A DNA stretch of 20,000 nucleotides, taken from Acidimicrobiia bacterium (GTDB lineage: Bacteria > Actinomycetota > Acidimicrobiia > Spongiisociales > JAENVV01). The DNA lies in the NCBI GenBank assembly GCA_041577335.1, contig JBFGJH010000001.1:112432-132431 (forward strand). The letters run 5' to 3'. Below are positions 1 to 9,108 of this stretch, piece after piece. The stretch's first letter is position 1, and each line of letters begins with the position of its first letter. The notes under the pieces are model-generated. The model was not told where the DNA came from and did not search any database. It was given only the letters and a program-made list of their open reading frames with translations. Made by a program: the position numbers and the translations under genes.

Positions 1-680
1 TCGGTGGCCTCGCGAATCGCTCCACGATCGTGCCCGTCGATATCGACCGTATGCCAGCCGGCGGCTCGGAAGCGGGCGCCAACATCCTCGGTGAACGCGA
101 GATCGGTTGAGCCGTCGATGGAGATCTCGTTGTCGTCGTAGTAGTAGGTCAGCTTGCCAAGGCCGAGATGGCCGGCCAGCGATGCAGTCTCGTAGGAGAT
201 GCCCTCCATCAGATCTCCATCGGAGACGAACCCCCAGATGCGATGGCTGACAAAATCCGATCCCAGACGAGCCCTGAGGTGCTCTTCCGCCAGTGCCATT
301 CCCACTCCGGTGCCAAACCCTTGCCCAAGCGGTCCCGTTGTCATCTCGATTCCGAGATGTGGCTCTCGCTCTGGATGGCCGGCGGTTGGCGAGCCCCACT
401 GACGGAAGTTCTTGATGTCGTCCATCGTCAGGGGGAAGCCGGCGAGATGGAGCAGCGAGTAGAGGAGCATCGAGCCGTGGCCGTTGGAAAGAACAAAGCG
501 ATCTCGATCCGGCCATTCCGGCTGATCGGGGTTGACGGTCAAGAACTCCGTCCACAGCACGACGGCCAAATCGGCCATGCCCATCGGCATCCCGGGGTGG
601 CCGCTGTTGGCAGCTTGGACACCGTCCATCGCCAAGCCCTTGATGGTGTTGACAGCGCGTTGTTGGACGTCATTCGTCAT
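1..680 (-). CDS. tkt: Transketolase, N-terminal part (runs off the left edge)
   Basis: Not in the ORF track. Hand translation from ATG 680 gives [34 protein letters not shown]...[17 protein letters not shown]...TTGPLGQG...SDGDLMEG...[10 protein letters not shown], which are the classic transketolase and ThDP-binding motifs. A GGAGG RBS lies at 693-697 (minus strand). Confidence 0.97.
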   Translation of the reverse strand, partial: MTNDVQQRAVNTIKGLAMDGVQAANSGHPGMPMGMADLAVVLWTEFLTVNPDQPEWPDRDRFVLSNGHGSMLLYSLLHLAGFPLTMDDIKNFRQWGSPTAGHPEREPHLGIEMTTGPLGQGFGTGVGMALAEEHLRARLGSDFVSHRIWGFVSDGDLMEGISYETASLAGHLGLGKLTYYYDDNEISIDGSTDLAFTEDVGARFRAAGWHTVDIDGHDRGAIREAT

Positions 681-710
681 GGTCGGGGTCTACCTCCACG
701 GTCAGCCGCC

Positions 711-784
711 AGCGTAGCGATCGTCTCCTGGCTTACCCATTCATGCCGCCGGGGCTAGCCAGGGGCAGGGCGGGTCGGTACACT
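711..784. promoter_or_regulatory. Candidate divergent -10 elements for tkt (TACGCT, minus, 711-716) and sat (TACACT, plus, 779-784)
   Basis: TAnnnT hexamers in the divergent intergenic region. Motif match only. Confidence 0.35.
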
Positions 785-848
785 GCCCCGCATTCTTCAC
801 GCCATAGGGGGCTGTGGCGAATCTCTGACTGCTTGAAAGGAGTCGCGC

Positions 849-2579
849 TTGTCCAATCAACTCATCGAGCCGCACGGAGGCGAGCTCGTAGATCTATACG
901 CCACGCCGGCACGCATCGAGGAGCTGAAGGCGGAATCGCGGGACTATGTGTCCTGGGACCTCCGGGGGCGCCAAATCTACGACCTCGAACTGCTGATGTG
1001 CGGTGCGTTCTCTCCCCTGCGCGGCTTCATGACCAAGGCGGAGTATCAAGGTGTCGTCGACTCGATGAGGCTCCCCGATGGCGCCCTGTGGCCGATGCCG
1101 ATAACGCTCGACGTCGACGAGGAATTAGCCGCGCAGGTCAGCGCCGGAGACAAGGTCGCCCTACGGGACGAAGAGGGCGTGATGCTGGCCGTGCTCACGG
1201 TGGCCGAGGTGTGGAAAGCAGACAAGGCTGCCGAAGCAGAGAAAGTGTTCGGAACCACCAACGAAGAGCATCCGGCGGTGGCCTACTTGATGCGCCGTGC
1301 CGGAACGCACTACTTGGGAGGCACCGTCGAAGGTGTCGAAGCACCCCATCACTACGACTTCCGCCGCCTCCGCAACACACCTGCCGAGCTACGTGTCGAG
1401 TTCGTACGCCAGGGCTTCACCAAGGTCGTTGCTTTCCAGACACGCAACCCGATGCACCGAGCGCATGCCGAACTGACTATGCGAGCGGCCAAGGAAGTCG
1501 AGGCGAACCTGCTCATTCACCCGGTGGTCGGCATGACCAAGCCGGGCGATGTCGACCATTACACCCGCGTTCGCGCCTATCAGGCGATCATGGACCGCTA
1601 TCCGCGTGGTACTGCGATGCTGTCGCTCCTTCCCCTGGCAATGCGGATGGGTGGGCCTCGCGAGGCGGTGTGGCACGCCATCATTCGCAAGAACTACGGT
1701 GTCAGCCACTTCATCGTGGGACGCGATCATGCCGGGCCCGGTTCGGACTCGGCCGGCAACCCCTTTTACGGGCCGTACGACGCACAAGAGCTCCTCGTTC
1801 AACACGAGGGTGAGCTCGGGGTGACGATGGTTCCGTTCAAGCTCATGGTCTACGTTGAGGAACTCGACGCCTATCAGCCAATCGACGAAGTCAAAGAAGG
1901 CATGCGGACACTCTCCATTTCTGGCACCGATCTGCGCGAGCGCCTGTCCATGGGACGTGAGATCCCCGAGTGGTTCACGTTTCCCGAGGTCGCCGAAGAG
2001 CTGCGCCGGACCCACCCTCCGCGCACCAAACAAGGCTTCACGGTGTTCTTCACCGGCCTGTCTGGCTCCGGGAAGTCGACGATCGCCAATGCCCTCCTGG
2101 TGAAACTGCTGGAGATGGGAGGGCGGCCGGTGACGCTGCTCGACGGCGACGTCGTGCGCAAGAACCTCTCGTCGGAGCTTGGGTTCTCGAAGGAACACCG
2201 CGACTTGAACATCTTGCGTATCGGTTATGTGGCATCGGAGATCACCAAGAACGGCGGTATCGCCATCTGTGCGCCGATCGCTCCCTACGCCCACACTCGC
2301 CAAACCAATCGCGAATTGATCGAGGAGGCCGGTGGCTACATCCTGGTCCATGTTGCGACGCCGCTCGAGGTCTGCGAGCAGCGCGACCGGAAAGGCCTCT
2401 ACGCCAAGGCCCGGGCCGGGATCATCCCCGAGTTCACCGGGATCTCAGATCCCTATGAAGAGCCCACCGACGCCGACGTCGTCATCGACACGACCGAGAC
2501 CACGCCCGAGTCGGCCGCCAATCAAGTGATCCTCCATCTGGAGAAACTGGGCTACTTCTCTGTCCGCCGCAATGGCTAG
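849..2579 (+). CDS. sat: Bifunctional sulfate adenylyltransferase / adenylylsulfate kinase (Sat-CysC fusion)
   Basis: Sat motifs QTRNPMHRAH and IVGRDHAG. C-terminal APS kinase has P-loop GLSGSGKST, LDGDVVR and RDRKGLY...FTGISDPYE. TTG start follows a GAAAGGAG RBS. Confidence 0.96.
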   Translation: MSNQLIEPHGGELVDLYATPARIEELKAESRDYVSWDLRGRQIYDLELLMCGAFSPLRGFMTKAEYQGVVDSMRLPDGALWPMPITLDVDEELAAQVSAGDKVALRDEEGVMLAVLTVAEVWKADKAAEAEKVFGTTNEEHPAVAYLMRRAGTHYLGGTVEGVEAPHHYDFRRLRNTPAELRVEFVRQGFTKVVAFQTRNPMHRAHAELTMRAAKEVEANLLIHPVVGMTKPGDVDHYTRVRAYQAIMDRYPRGTAMLSLLPLAMRMGGPREAVWHAIIRKNYGVSHFIVGRDHAGPGSDSAGNPFYGPYDAQELLVQHEGELGVTMVPFKLMVYVEELDAYQPIDEVKEGMRTLSISGTDLRERLSMGREIPEWFTFPEVAEELRRTHPPRTKQGFTVFFTGLSGSGKSTIANALLVKLLEMGGRPVTLLDGDVVRKNLSSELGFSKEHRDLNILRIGYVASEITKNGGIAICAPIAPYAHTRQTNRELIEEAGGYILVHVATPLEVCEQRDRKGLYAKARAGIIPEFTGISDPYEEPTDADVVIDTTETTPESAANQVILHLEKLGYFSVRRNG

Positions 2580-2622
2580 AAGCGGGGCGCATGGTTCGAC
2601 CCAAGCGCGGCACTAGGTAGCG

Positions 2623-4389
2623 ATGCCATCGGAGGCGTGGCTGACGCTGGCCGTGGTCGCTGCCACGGTGGTGGTTTTGGCTCGCGATTATCTTCCACCC
2701 TCGGGAGCGATGGTCGGCGCAATGGTGGCTGTCATGGCCTTCGGAATCGTGACGCCCGCCGAAGCCTTGAACGGCTTCAGCAACACCGCCCCGGCCACGA
2801 TCGCAGGCCTCTACGTGGTCGCCAAAGCAGTCGAGAAGACCGGGTTCTTGACGCCGTTGGTTCGGCGAATGCTTGGAGAACAGGGATCGATCCGATCGTC
2901 CCTCACCCGCCTGGTGATCCCGGCTACGGGTGCATCGGCGGTGCTCAACAACACGCCGATCGTGGCGATGCTGATTCCCCAGGTGGAATCGTGGTCGCTC
3001 CGGCGAGGGTGGCCGGCATCTCGATTCCTCATGCCGCTGTCGTTCGCCGCCATCTTGGGCGGTTCGGTGACATTGATCGGAACCGCGACCAACCTCGTCG
3101 TGTCCGGCTTGCTCGAGTCCGATGGGTATGACGCCATCGGGTTTTTTGAGATCTCCAAGCTGGGCTTGCCGGTGGCGCTGATCGGCGGCATAGCCATCGT
3201 CGCTTTGGCGCCCATGTTGCTTCCCATGCGATCCAGTCCACGCGAAGATCTCGAGGAGGCCGACCTCAAATACACCATCGAATACACGATCGATGCCAAT
3301 GGTCCGCTCGATGGAAAGTCCGTGACCGAGGCCAGCCTGCGCAACCTGCACGGCGTGTATCTTGCCCAGATACTCCGGGGAAGTGAGCTTCTCAGCCCCG
3401 TGTCCCCCGAGACCCGACTACGGGGCGGAGACCGGCTTCTCTTCGTGGGGGCGCCGACCGAAGTGGTGGAGTTGACATCCATGGCCGGCCTGCGATTGTC
3501 GGAGGACACTCAGGTGGAACGTCTGGGAACTGGCCGAACTTCGTACTACGAGGTTGTCGTCGGTACGGGCGGCGGCATCGCCGGGCAGACACTGCGCGAG
3601 CTCGAGTTTCGGAGCCGCTACCAGGCAGCCGTTCTTGCGATCCATCGAGCAGGCAGCCGCGTGGAGGGCCAGCTCGGTCGAATCCCAATCCGGGTCGGCG
3701 ACTCGCTGCTCGTTGCATCGGATTCGAGCTTCGGGCGTCGGTGGACCGACCGTCACGACTTCCTCCTGGTCTCCCCTCTCAACGTCGAGACAACTGATCG
3801 GCGTCACGCGGCCCGCGTCGTCGGGGTGATCCTCGCCATTGTGGCGATGTCGCTCTTCCTCGACCTGGCACTCATCACAGCCGTGCTCCTCGCCGCACTC
3901 GGCATGGTCCTCGCCCAGGTTCTCAGCCCGACGGAAGCTCGTCAGGCCGTGAACCTCGACGTCATCATCGCCATCGCTGCCGCCTTTGGTTTGGCAGCCG
4001 CCATCGCCGCCTCAGGCCTCGCCGACGCCGTCGCTGCCCGCACCGTCGACCTGTTCGAGCCCTTGGGAACGGCAGGCGTGCTGCTCGGAATCGTACTGGC
4101 GACGACCGTGCTCAAAGAACTGGTCACGACCAACGCCGCAGCGCTGTTGATGTTCCCGATCGCCATCACCAGCGCGCTCGCCGTGGGAGCGGATCCCCGG
4201 GGATACGCCATCGCTGTGGCGGTGGCTGCCTCGAAGTCTTTTCTGACGCCGATCGGATATCAGACCAACACGATGGTGTATGGTCCCGGCGGCTACCGCT
4301 ACTTCGACTACATGCGCTTGGGCATTCCCCTGACCGTGATCGTGATGACGCTGATCATCGTCATCGTCCCGATTGCCTGGCCGAGCTGA
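2623..4389 (+). CDS. SLC13/DASS-family permease with two TrkA-C (RCK-C) domains, probable sulfate or dicarboxylate transporter
   Basis: Hydrophobic N- and C-terminal halves with LNNTPIVA, GGSVTLIGTATN and FLTPIGYQTNTMVYGPGGY flank a soluble duplicated TrkA-C region. It sits between sat and cysQ. Confidence 0.9.
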   Translation: MPSEAWLTLAVVAATVVVLARDYLPPSGAMVGAMVAVMAFGIVTPAEALNGFSNTAPATIAGLYVVAKAVEKTGFLTPLVRRMLGEQGSIRSSLTRLVIPATGASAVLNNTPIVAMLIPQVESWSLRRGWPASRFLMPLSFAAILGGSVTLIGTATNLVVSGLLESDGYDAIGFFEISKLGLPVALIGGIAIVALAPMLLPMRSSPREDLEEADLKYTIEYTIDANGPLDGKSVTEASLRNLHGVYLAQILRGSELLSPVSPETRLRGGDRLLFVGAPTEVVELTSMAGLRLSEDTQVERLGTGRTSYYEVVVGTGGGIAGQTLRELEFRSRYQAAVLAIHRAGSRVEGQLGRIPIRVGDSLLVASDSSFGRRWTDRHDFLLVSPLNVETTDRRHAARVVGVILAIVAMSLFLDLALITAVLLAALGMVLAQVLSPTEARQAVNLDVIIAIAAAFGLAAAIAASGLADAVAARTVDLFEPLGTAGVLLGIVLATTVLKELVTTNAAALLMFPIAITSALAVGADPRGYAIAVAVAASKSFLTPIGYQTNTMVYGPGGYRYFDYMRLGIPLTVIVMTLIIVIVPIAWPS

Positions 4390-4396
4390 GGACCAT

Positions 4397-5170
4397 ATGA
4401 ACCCCATCGAGAAGATCACCGCCGGTCTGCAACATGCCGCAACAGCGCTGGAACCGTTCACACCGGGAGCGATCGAAGCCCGCCGCAAGGACGGGGGCGA
4501 CCCCGTCACCGATGCCGATCTTGCCGTCAATGAAGTGCTCCGCGAGTTTCTCCCCGAGCGCGGCGACGGATGGCTGTCCGAAGAGACGGCTGACGACCAT
4601 GCCAGGCTGGAGTGTGATCGGGTTTGGATCGTGGATCCCGTGGACGGGACGCGCGAGTTCGTCATGGGGCTTCCCGAATGGTGTGTGTCCATCGGCCTTG
4701 TCGAGGATGGCATCGCGGTTGCCGGAGGCATCTACAACCCGGCCGCCGGCCACCTGATCGTCGGCAGCATCGGCACAGGCGTCACGCTCAACGGGGCCGC
4801 GGTGAACAAACACTGGCCGCCCGACCTGGCCGGCCTCACCGTGCTGGCCAGCCGCAGCGAGGTCACCCGGGGCGAATGGGACCGCTTCGATGGGGCAGAC
4901 TTCTCGGTCTGTCCGATGGGCTCGGTTGCCTACAAGCTCGGACGCGTCGCGGCCGGACTCAACGGCGCGACCTGGACCCTGGTCCCGAAGAACGAGTGGG
5001 ACATCGCCGCCGGGGTTGCGCTGGTTCACGCGTCAGGCGGCAGAGCGGTGACGACCGACGGCAGTCCCCGGCGATTCAACCAGCCAAACCCGCGCCTCCC
5101 CGGCTTCGTGGCAACCGGTCCCGGCCTCGACTCCACAGTTCTCGAGTATTTGGCGATCCCGGTCGCCTGA
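4397..5170 (+). CDS. cysQ: 3'(2'),5'-bisphosphate nucleotidase (CysQ-like, inositol monophosphatase family)
   Basis: Motifs DPVTDAD, LSEE, WIVDPVDGTREF, SRS and EWDIAAG. ATG 4397 follows a GAGG RBS just after the permease stop, so I prefer it to the 4373 ORF-track start. Confidence 0.85.
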   Translation: MNPIEKITAGLQHAATALEPFTPGAIEARRKDGGDPVTDADLAVNEVLREFLPERGDGWLSEETADDHARLECDRVWIVDPVDGTREFVMGLPEWCVSIGLVEDGIAVAGGIYNPAAGHLIVGSIGTGVTLNGAAVNKHWPPDLAGLTVLASRSEVTRGEWDRFDGADFSVCPMGSVAYKLGRVAAGLNGATWTLVPKNEWDIAAGVALVHASGGRAVTTDGSPRRFNQPNPRLPGFVATGPGLDSTVLEYLAIPVA

Positions 5171-5172
5171 AA

Positions 5173-5188
5173 GCCGACTTCGGGCGGC
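5173..5188. terminator. Short UUCG-loop hairpin between the convergent cysQ and kinase genes
   Basis: GCCG-A-C-TTCG-G-G-CGGC has 5 bp plus one mismatch and no U-tract. Confidence 0.25.
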
Positions 5189-6574
5189 CTAGTTCGATTT
5201 CGCCGCCGCACGTGGGGTAAAGGCCGGGAGGGTCACCACCGCATCGACTCCTCCGGTAGCTGCCGGACGCAACGCAGCCGTTCCGCCCGACGCCTCGGCA
5301 AGCTGGCTCACGATGGCGAGCCCGAGGCCGGTGCCACTGCGGGTCGAGTCGTTGCGCCAGAACCGGTCGAATGCCCGGTGTCGTTCTTCAGGGGCCATGC
5401 CGGGCCCCGAATCCACGACGTGGATCTCATGGTGGTCGGTGCCGGCGACAATGCTCATGACGATGGGCGCCCCGGGGGGCGAGACCGCCAATGCGTTGTC
5501 CAACAAATTGTCGAGGATCTGTTCAACCGCCCCCGGTGTCGCCATCGCCCACACGGGGCCCTGTCCCGCTCCTCCGGCGATTGTCACTCCCCGCTCCTCT
5601 GCAACGGCCCCCCACAGATCGCAGCGATCCTTCACCTCGCTCGCCAGATCGACCCGCTCGGGCGGCGGGGGAGCTTCGTCCGCTCTGGCCAGGACCAACA
5701 GCTGCTCGACCAGGCGACCGAGCCGCTCCACCTCGACCAGCGCAGCCTGCACGTCACCTTGCGCCCCGTCGGTCACCTCGTCTTCGAGATTCTCGAGACG
5801 CAAGCGGAGAGCAGTGAGCGGCGTCCGCAGCTGATGGGAGGCGTCCCCAACGAACGCTCGCTGGCGCTCGATGAGATCTCCAAGTCGGGAGGCCATCTCG
5901 TTGAACCGACGCACGAGATCACCGAGCTCGGCAGGGGCGTCGTCAGCATCGATGCTCACCGTGAGGTCGCCGGCGCCGGCCCGCACGGCCGCGTCCCGCA
6001 CTGCCAGGATTGGGCGGCTGATCGACCGAGCTATCACCCAGCCCACCAACGCGATGGCAGCCATCACGACTATGGCAATGCCTGCCAGGCTCCACCAGAA
6101 CCGGTTGATCCGCGCCTCGACATCGGAAGGGTCGGCGGTGATGCGCGTGGCACCATAGACCGTCCCCCCTGACGCCACCGGGACGGCCACGTAGAGCAGG
6201 TCTCGGCCGAGAGTGTCCGATCTCCGCCGACCACTCACGATCTGGCCTTCGAGGGCCAGCGCCACTTCTTCCCGATTGGAAAAGTCTTCGTTCGGCTCAC
6301 GCTCGGTGTCGACGATGGAGACACCCTCGCGGTCGGTGACCACCACCCGGGTCGAGCTACCGGCTGCGTAATCGGCGGCCGGCTGGGGGCTGTAAGGGGC
6401 GTCGTTGTCGAGGGCGTCCTCGTAGATCGTGGCGAGGACGAGTGCGTCCCGCTCCAAGCTCGTCGTGAGCTCCTGGCGTTGCTGCTCGGCGACATATATC
6501 CCGAAGGGGACTTCGAGAACGATCAGCACGAACAGCGTCACCGTGAGATAAGACAGCAGCAACCGACGGGTCAT
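5189..6574 (-). CDS. HAMP-domain sensor histidine kinase
   Basis: Two TM segments, an extracytoplasmic domain, HAMP, H-box ASHQLRTPL, N-box NLLDNA, DSGPG and GTGLGL. The likely start is ATG 6574, in an ATGA overlap with the regulator stop. Confidence 0.95.
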   Translation of the reverse strand: MTRRLLLSYLTVTLFVLIVLEVPFGIYVAEQQRQELTTSLERDALVLATIYEDALDNDAPYSPQPAADYAAGSSTRVVVTDREGVSIVDTEREPNEDFSNREEVALALEGQIVSGRRRSDTLGRDLLYVAVPVASGGTVYGATRITADPSDVEARINRFWWSLAGIAIVVMAAIALVGWVIARSISRPILAVRDAAVRAGAGDLTVSIDADDAPAELGDLVRRFNEMASRLGDLIERQRAFVGDASHQLRTPLTALRLRLENLEDEVTDGAQGDVQAALVEVERLGRLVEQLLVLARADEAPPPPERVDLASEVKDRCDLWGAVAEERGVTIAGGAGQGPVWAMATPGAVEQILDNLLDNALAVSPPGAPIVMSIVAGTDHHEIHVVDSGPGMAPEERHRAFDRFWRNDSTRSGTGLGLAIVSQLAEASGGTAALRPAATGGVDAVVTLPAFTPRAAAKSN

Positions 6575-7242
6575 GTGGGCGCTTCGTCCGATAGCCGATA
6601 TCCCACGCCACGAACGGTCTCGATGAGGGCCGGGTCGCCCAGCTTCCGGCGAAGCGAAGCAATATGGACGTCCAAGGTCTTGGTGGAGCCCCACCAGTTC
6701 TCGTCCCATACGGCACGAAGAATCTGATCTCGGGTGCACACCGCGCCCCGGTCTTCTGCCAGAAACGACAGCAGGTCATACTCCTTGGGCGTGAGCGTCA
6801 CGGACATATCTCGCACCGTCACTGCTCGCGTCCGGTGGTCGATCTTCACGAGCCCTTGATCGGGGGCAGCCGGCTTCACTGAGATTCGTTCGCCACCTGT
6901 CCGGCGAAGCACCGCTCGGATTCTCGCCACCAGCTCCCGGAATCCGAACGGCTTCACGACGTAGTCGTCGGCACCGAACTCGAGCAGCGCAACTCGCTCG
7001 ATCTCCTCGGAGCGGGCGGTGACCACGATGATGGGGACATCCGAGCGATCACGTAGCTTGCGGCACACGACCTGACCGTCGAGGTCGGGCAAACCGAGAT
7101 CAAGCAAAACGAGGTCTCCTGGATCGGCGTTGAGAGCATCAGCGCCGCTCGCCACCCAATGGACCTCAAAGCCTTGGCGCTCGAGACCCGCTACAAGAGG
7201 TTCGGCAATGGCGGGGTCATCTTCGACGAGCAGCAATCTCAT
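6571..7242 (-). CDS. OmpR/PhoB-family response regulator
   Basis: MRLLLVEDD...LLDLGLPDLDG...GADDYVVKPF and a winged helix (LTPKEYDLL...TLDVHIASLRRKL...ETVRGVGY). ATG 7242 has TGG-CATCCT 6 nt upstream, suggesting a leaderless transcript. Confidence 0.96.
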   Translation of the reverse strand: MRLLLVEDDPAIAEPLVAGLERQGFEVHWVASGADALNADPGDLVLLDLGLPDLDGQVVCRKLRDRSDVPIIVVTARSEEIERVALLEFGADDYVVKPFGFRELVARIRAVLRRTGGERISVKPAAPDQGLVKIDHRTRAVTVRDMSVTLTPKEYDLLSFLAEDRGAVCTRDQILRAVWDENWWGSTKTLDVHIASLRRKLGDPALIETVRGVGYRLSDEAPT

Positions 7243-7279
7243 GACGTCAGGATGCCAGCATTCTCGGCAAGTAGCCGGT

Positions 7280-7298
7280 GTCTTTACCAAGTCTTTGC
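7280..7298. promoter_or_regulatory. 11-bp-period direct repeat, candidate OmpR-family operator
   Basis: GTCTTTAC-caa-GTCTTTGC lies in the intergenic region between the regulator and the divergent secreted-protein gene. Confidence 0.55.
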
Positions 7299-7367
7299 AC
7301 GAGGCTGCCCCACCACTTGCCGCTCCGCGGTTACCTTGACACCACCTGAGCAGCAAGGAGAATCCCC

Positions 7368-7988
7368 GTGAAGATCAGCAAGACCGCTTTGGCAGCCTCC
7401 GCCTCGGTGGCAGCGGTGCTCATGGCGGGAACTGCGGCTCTCGCCGCGAACCTCGGAGTCTTGGGTGCGACCGACAACGCTGCCGATCTGTCGGTAGCAC
7501 CCACGATCATCGCAGCTGCTCCCGCACCAACCACCGCCCCCACCACGACTGCTCCCGCATCGGTCACCCAGACAACCGTGACTGTGCCAACTACCACCGC
7601 GGTGAGCACGACGGCTTATCAGGTCGATGGGATAGGAGTAATCACACTCGCCCACACGGACGACACGCTCAACGTGAGCGCCATCGACGCGAACCCGGAG
7701 TGGGAGTGGATTGACGACAGCATCGAGCCAACCCAAGTGATGCTTCAGTTCACTTCGGGCGACACAGTGATTTCGTTCTTGGCTCGACTGGCGCAAGGAG
7801 AAGTAACGGTCGAGGTGTTCGACGTGACCCCCGTCCCAGCCACCAGTGGCACGACTTCGACCTCCATCGACGATGACCACGACAGCGACGATTCCGGGGG
7901 CAGCGACAACAGCGGTAGTGGCAGCAGCAATAGCGGAAGCGGCAGCGGGGACGACGACAGCCAGGACGACCCGAGCTATGACGACTGA
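7368..7988 (+). CDS. Secreted or membrane-anchored hypothetical protein with a Thr/Pro linker and a Ser/Gly/Asp-rich tail
   Basis: GTG start after AAGGAG. Signal-peptide-like N-terminus, PTTAPTTTAP linker, a ~70-aa beta-rich domain and an acidic low-complexity tail. Confidence 0.8.
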   Translation: MKISKTALAASASVAAVLMAGTAALAANLGVLGATDNAADLSVAPTIIAAAPAPTTAPTTTAPASVTQTTVTVPTTTAVSTTAYQVDGIGVITLAHTDDTLNVSAIDANPEWEWIDDSIEPTQVMLQFTSGDTVISFLARLAQGEVTVEVFDVTPVPATSGTTSTSIDDDHDSDDSGGSDNSGSGSSNSGSGSGDDDSQDDPSYDD

Positions 7989-8025
7989 GCCGTCGCAGGC
8001 GCCCACAAGTCGGCGAAGAAGCCCG

Positions 8026-9108
8026 CTACCCGACCGCCACCAGATCTCGCGAGGACTGGTTGAACCGCACGGCGGCGTCTTCGGTGACCGTCACGATATC
8101 TTCGATGCGCATACCGAAGCGGCCGGGCAGGTAGACGCCGGGCTCGATCGAAAAGACCATCCCCGGCTCGAGTGATGCCGTGTTGCCTTCCACCAGATAT
8201 GGGTCCTCATGGACATCGAGGCCGATTCCATGACCGACCCTGTGAATGAAGTAGTCACCCCAGCCGGCGTTGGCGAGCACGCTTCGGGCGGCAAGGTCGA
8301 TGTCCTCGCAGGCAACACCGGGCCGAACGGCCTCGAATGCCGCTTCTTGGGCAGAGCGCAAAGCTGCGTACGCCTCTTGTTCCTCCCTCCCGGCCTCACC
8401 GATCTGAAAGGTGCGGGTCGTGTCGGATTGGTAGCCGTCCATGGATCCTCCGAAGTCGCAGACGACTAGATCTCCCTGTTCCATGACCCGTTTGCTCGGC
8501 TCGTGGTGGGGGGAGGCGCCGTTCGGTCCCGCGGCGACGATCGCGAATTCCACGGTCTCATGGCCGGCTGCTCGCAACAGGCCAGAGATCTCGATGGCCA
8601 GGTCTTGTTCGGTACGCCCCGCAAATGGCACGCCAGCGAGGTGGGTCATCACCGAGTCGGCGGCTCGGCCAACAGCACTCAGCTTCTCCAATTCGTCGGC
8701 ATCCTTGCGCATACGGAGGCTCGACATGAGCGCCGCCGCATCGGTCCAGACGACTCCGGGCACCGCTGCTTGGAGGTGCATGAGGAACCGCGCCCACGTC
8801 TCTGAACCGACGGCGATTGAGCCGGCTCCGCCGAGTCGAGATGCCACCAGCTTCACGGGATCGTCTGTCTCGGACCATGGCACGAGTTCCATGGGGAGAA
8901 GGGTGCGGTCGACGCGAGGCGCCTCCAGCCCCGGAATGACCAACACGGCGTCCGATTGGGTGACAACCGCCATCGTGAGCCGCTCCAGTGGCATTGCCCG
9001 ATAGCCGGTCAAATAAGGCAGGTCAGAGCCAACGGAAAGTAACAGCGCATCGACCTCCGCCACCACCATCGCTTGGCGCACGGATTCCATTCGAGCCGGA
9101 AAACTCAT
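8026..9108 (-). CDS. Xaa-Pro aminopeptidase / prolidase (M24B family)
   Basis: Creatinase-like N domain (LPYLTGY) and metal motifs DFGG..GYQSDTTR, HRVGHGIGLDVHE, FSIEPGVY and GMRIED. Confidence 0.93.
   Translation of the reverse strand: MSFPARMESVRQAMVVAEVDALLLSVGSDLPYLTGYRAMPLERLTMAVVTQSDAVLVIPGLEAPRVDRTLLPMELVPWSETDDPVKLVASRLGGAGSIAVGSETWARFLMHLQAAVPGVVWTDAAALMSSLRMRKDADELEKLSAVGRAADSVMTHLAGVPFAGRTEQDLAIEISGLLRAAGHETVEFAIVAAGPNGASPHHEPSKRVMEQGDLVVCDFGGSMDGYQSDTTRTFQIGEAGREEQEAYAALRSAQEAAFEAVRPGVACEDIDLAARSVLANAGWGDYFIHRVGHGIGLDVHEDPYLVEGNTASLEPGMVFSIEPGVYLPGRFGMRIEDIVTVTEDAAVRFNQSSRDLVAVG

Noticed and set aside
168..1813. + strand ORFs 168..758 and 743..1813
   Set aside because: The first is antisense to tkt and the second is an Arg-rich off-frame overlap of sat.
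849..5170. Sulfate module as the selenium supply for the selenoprotein
   Set aside because: It lies 10 kb away and I saw no selA, selB, selD or tRNA-Sec in the window, so nothing supports a link.
6575..7356. Extended N-termini of the kinase (6739) and regulator (7356) in the ORF track
   Set aside because: The extensions overlap the neighbouring gene or promoter. The domains begin at ATG 6574 and ATG 7242.
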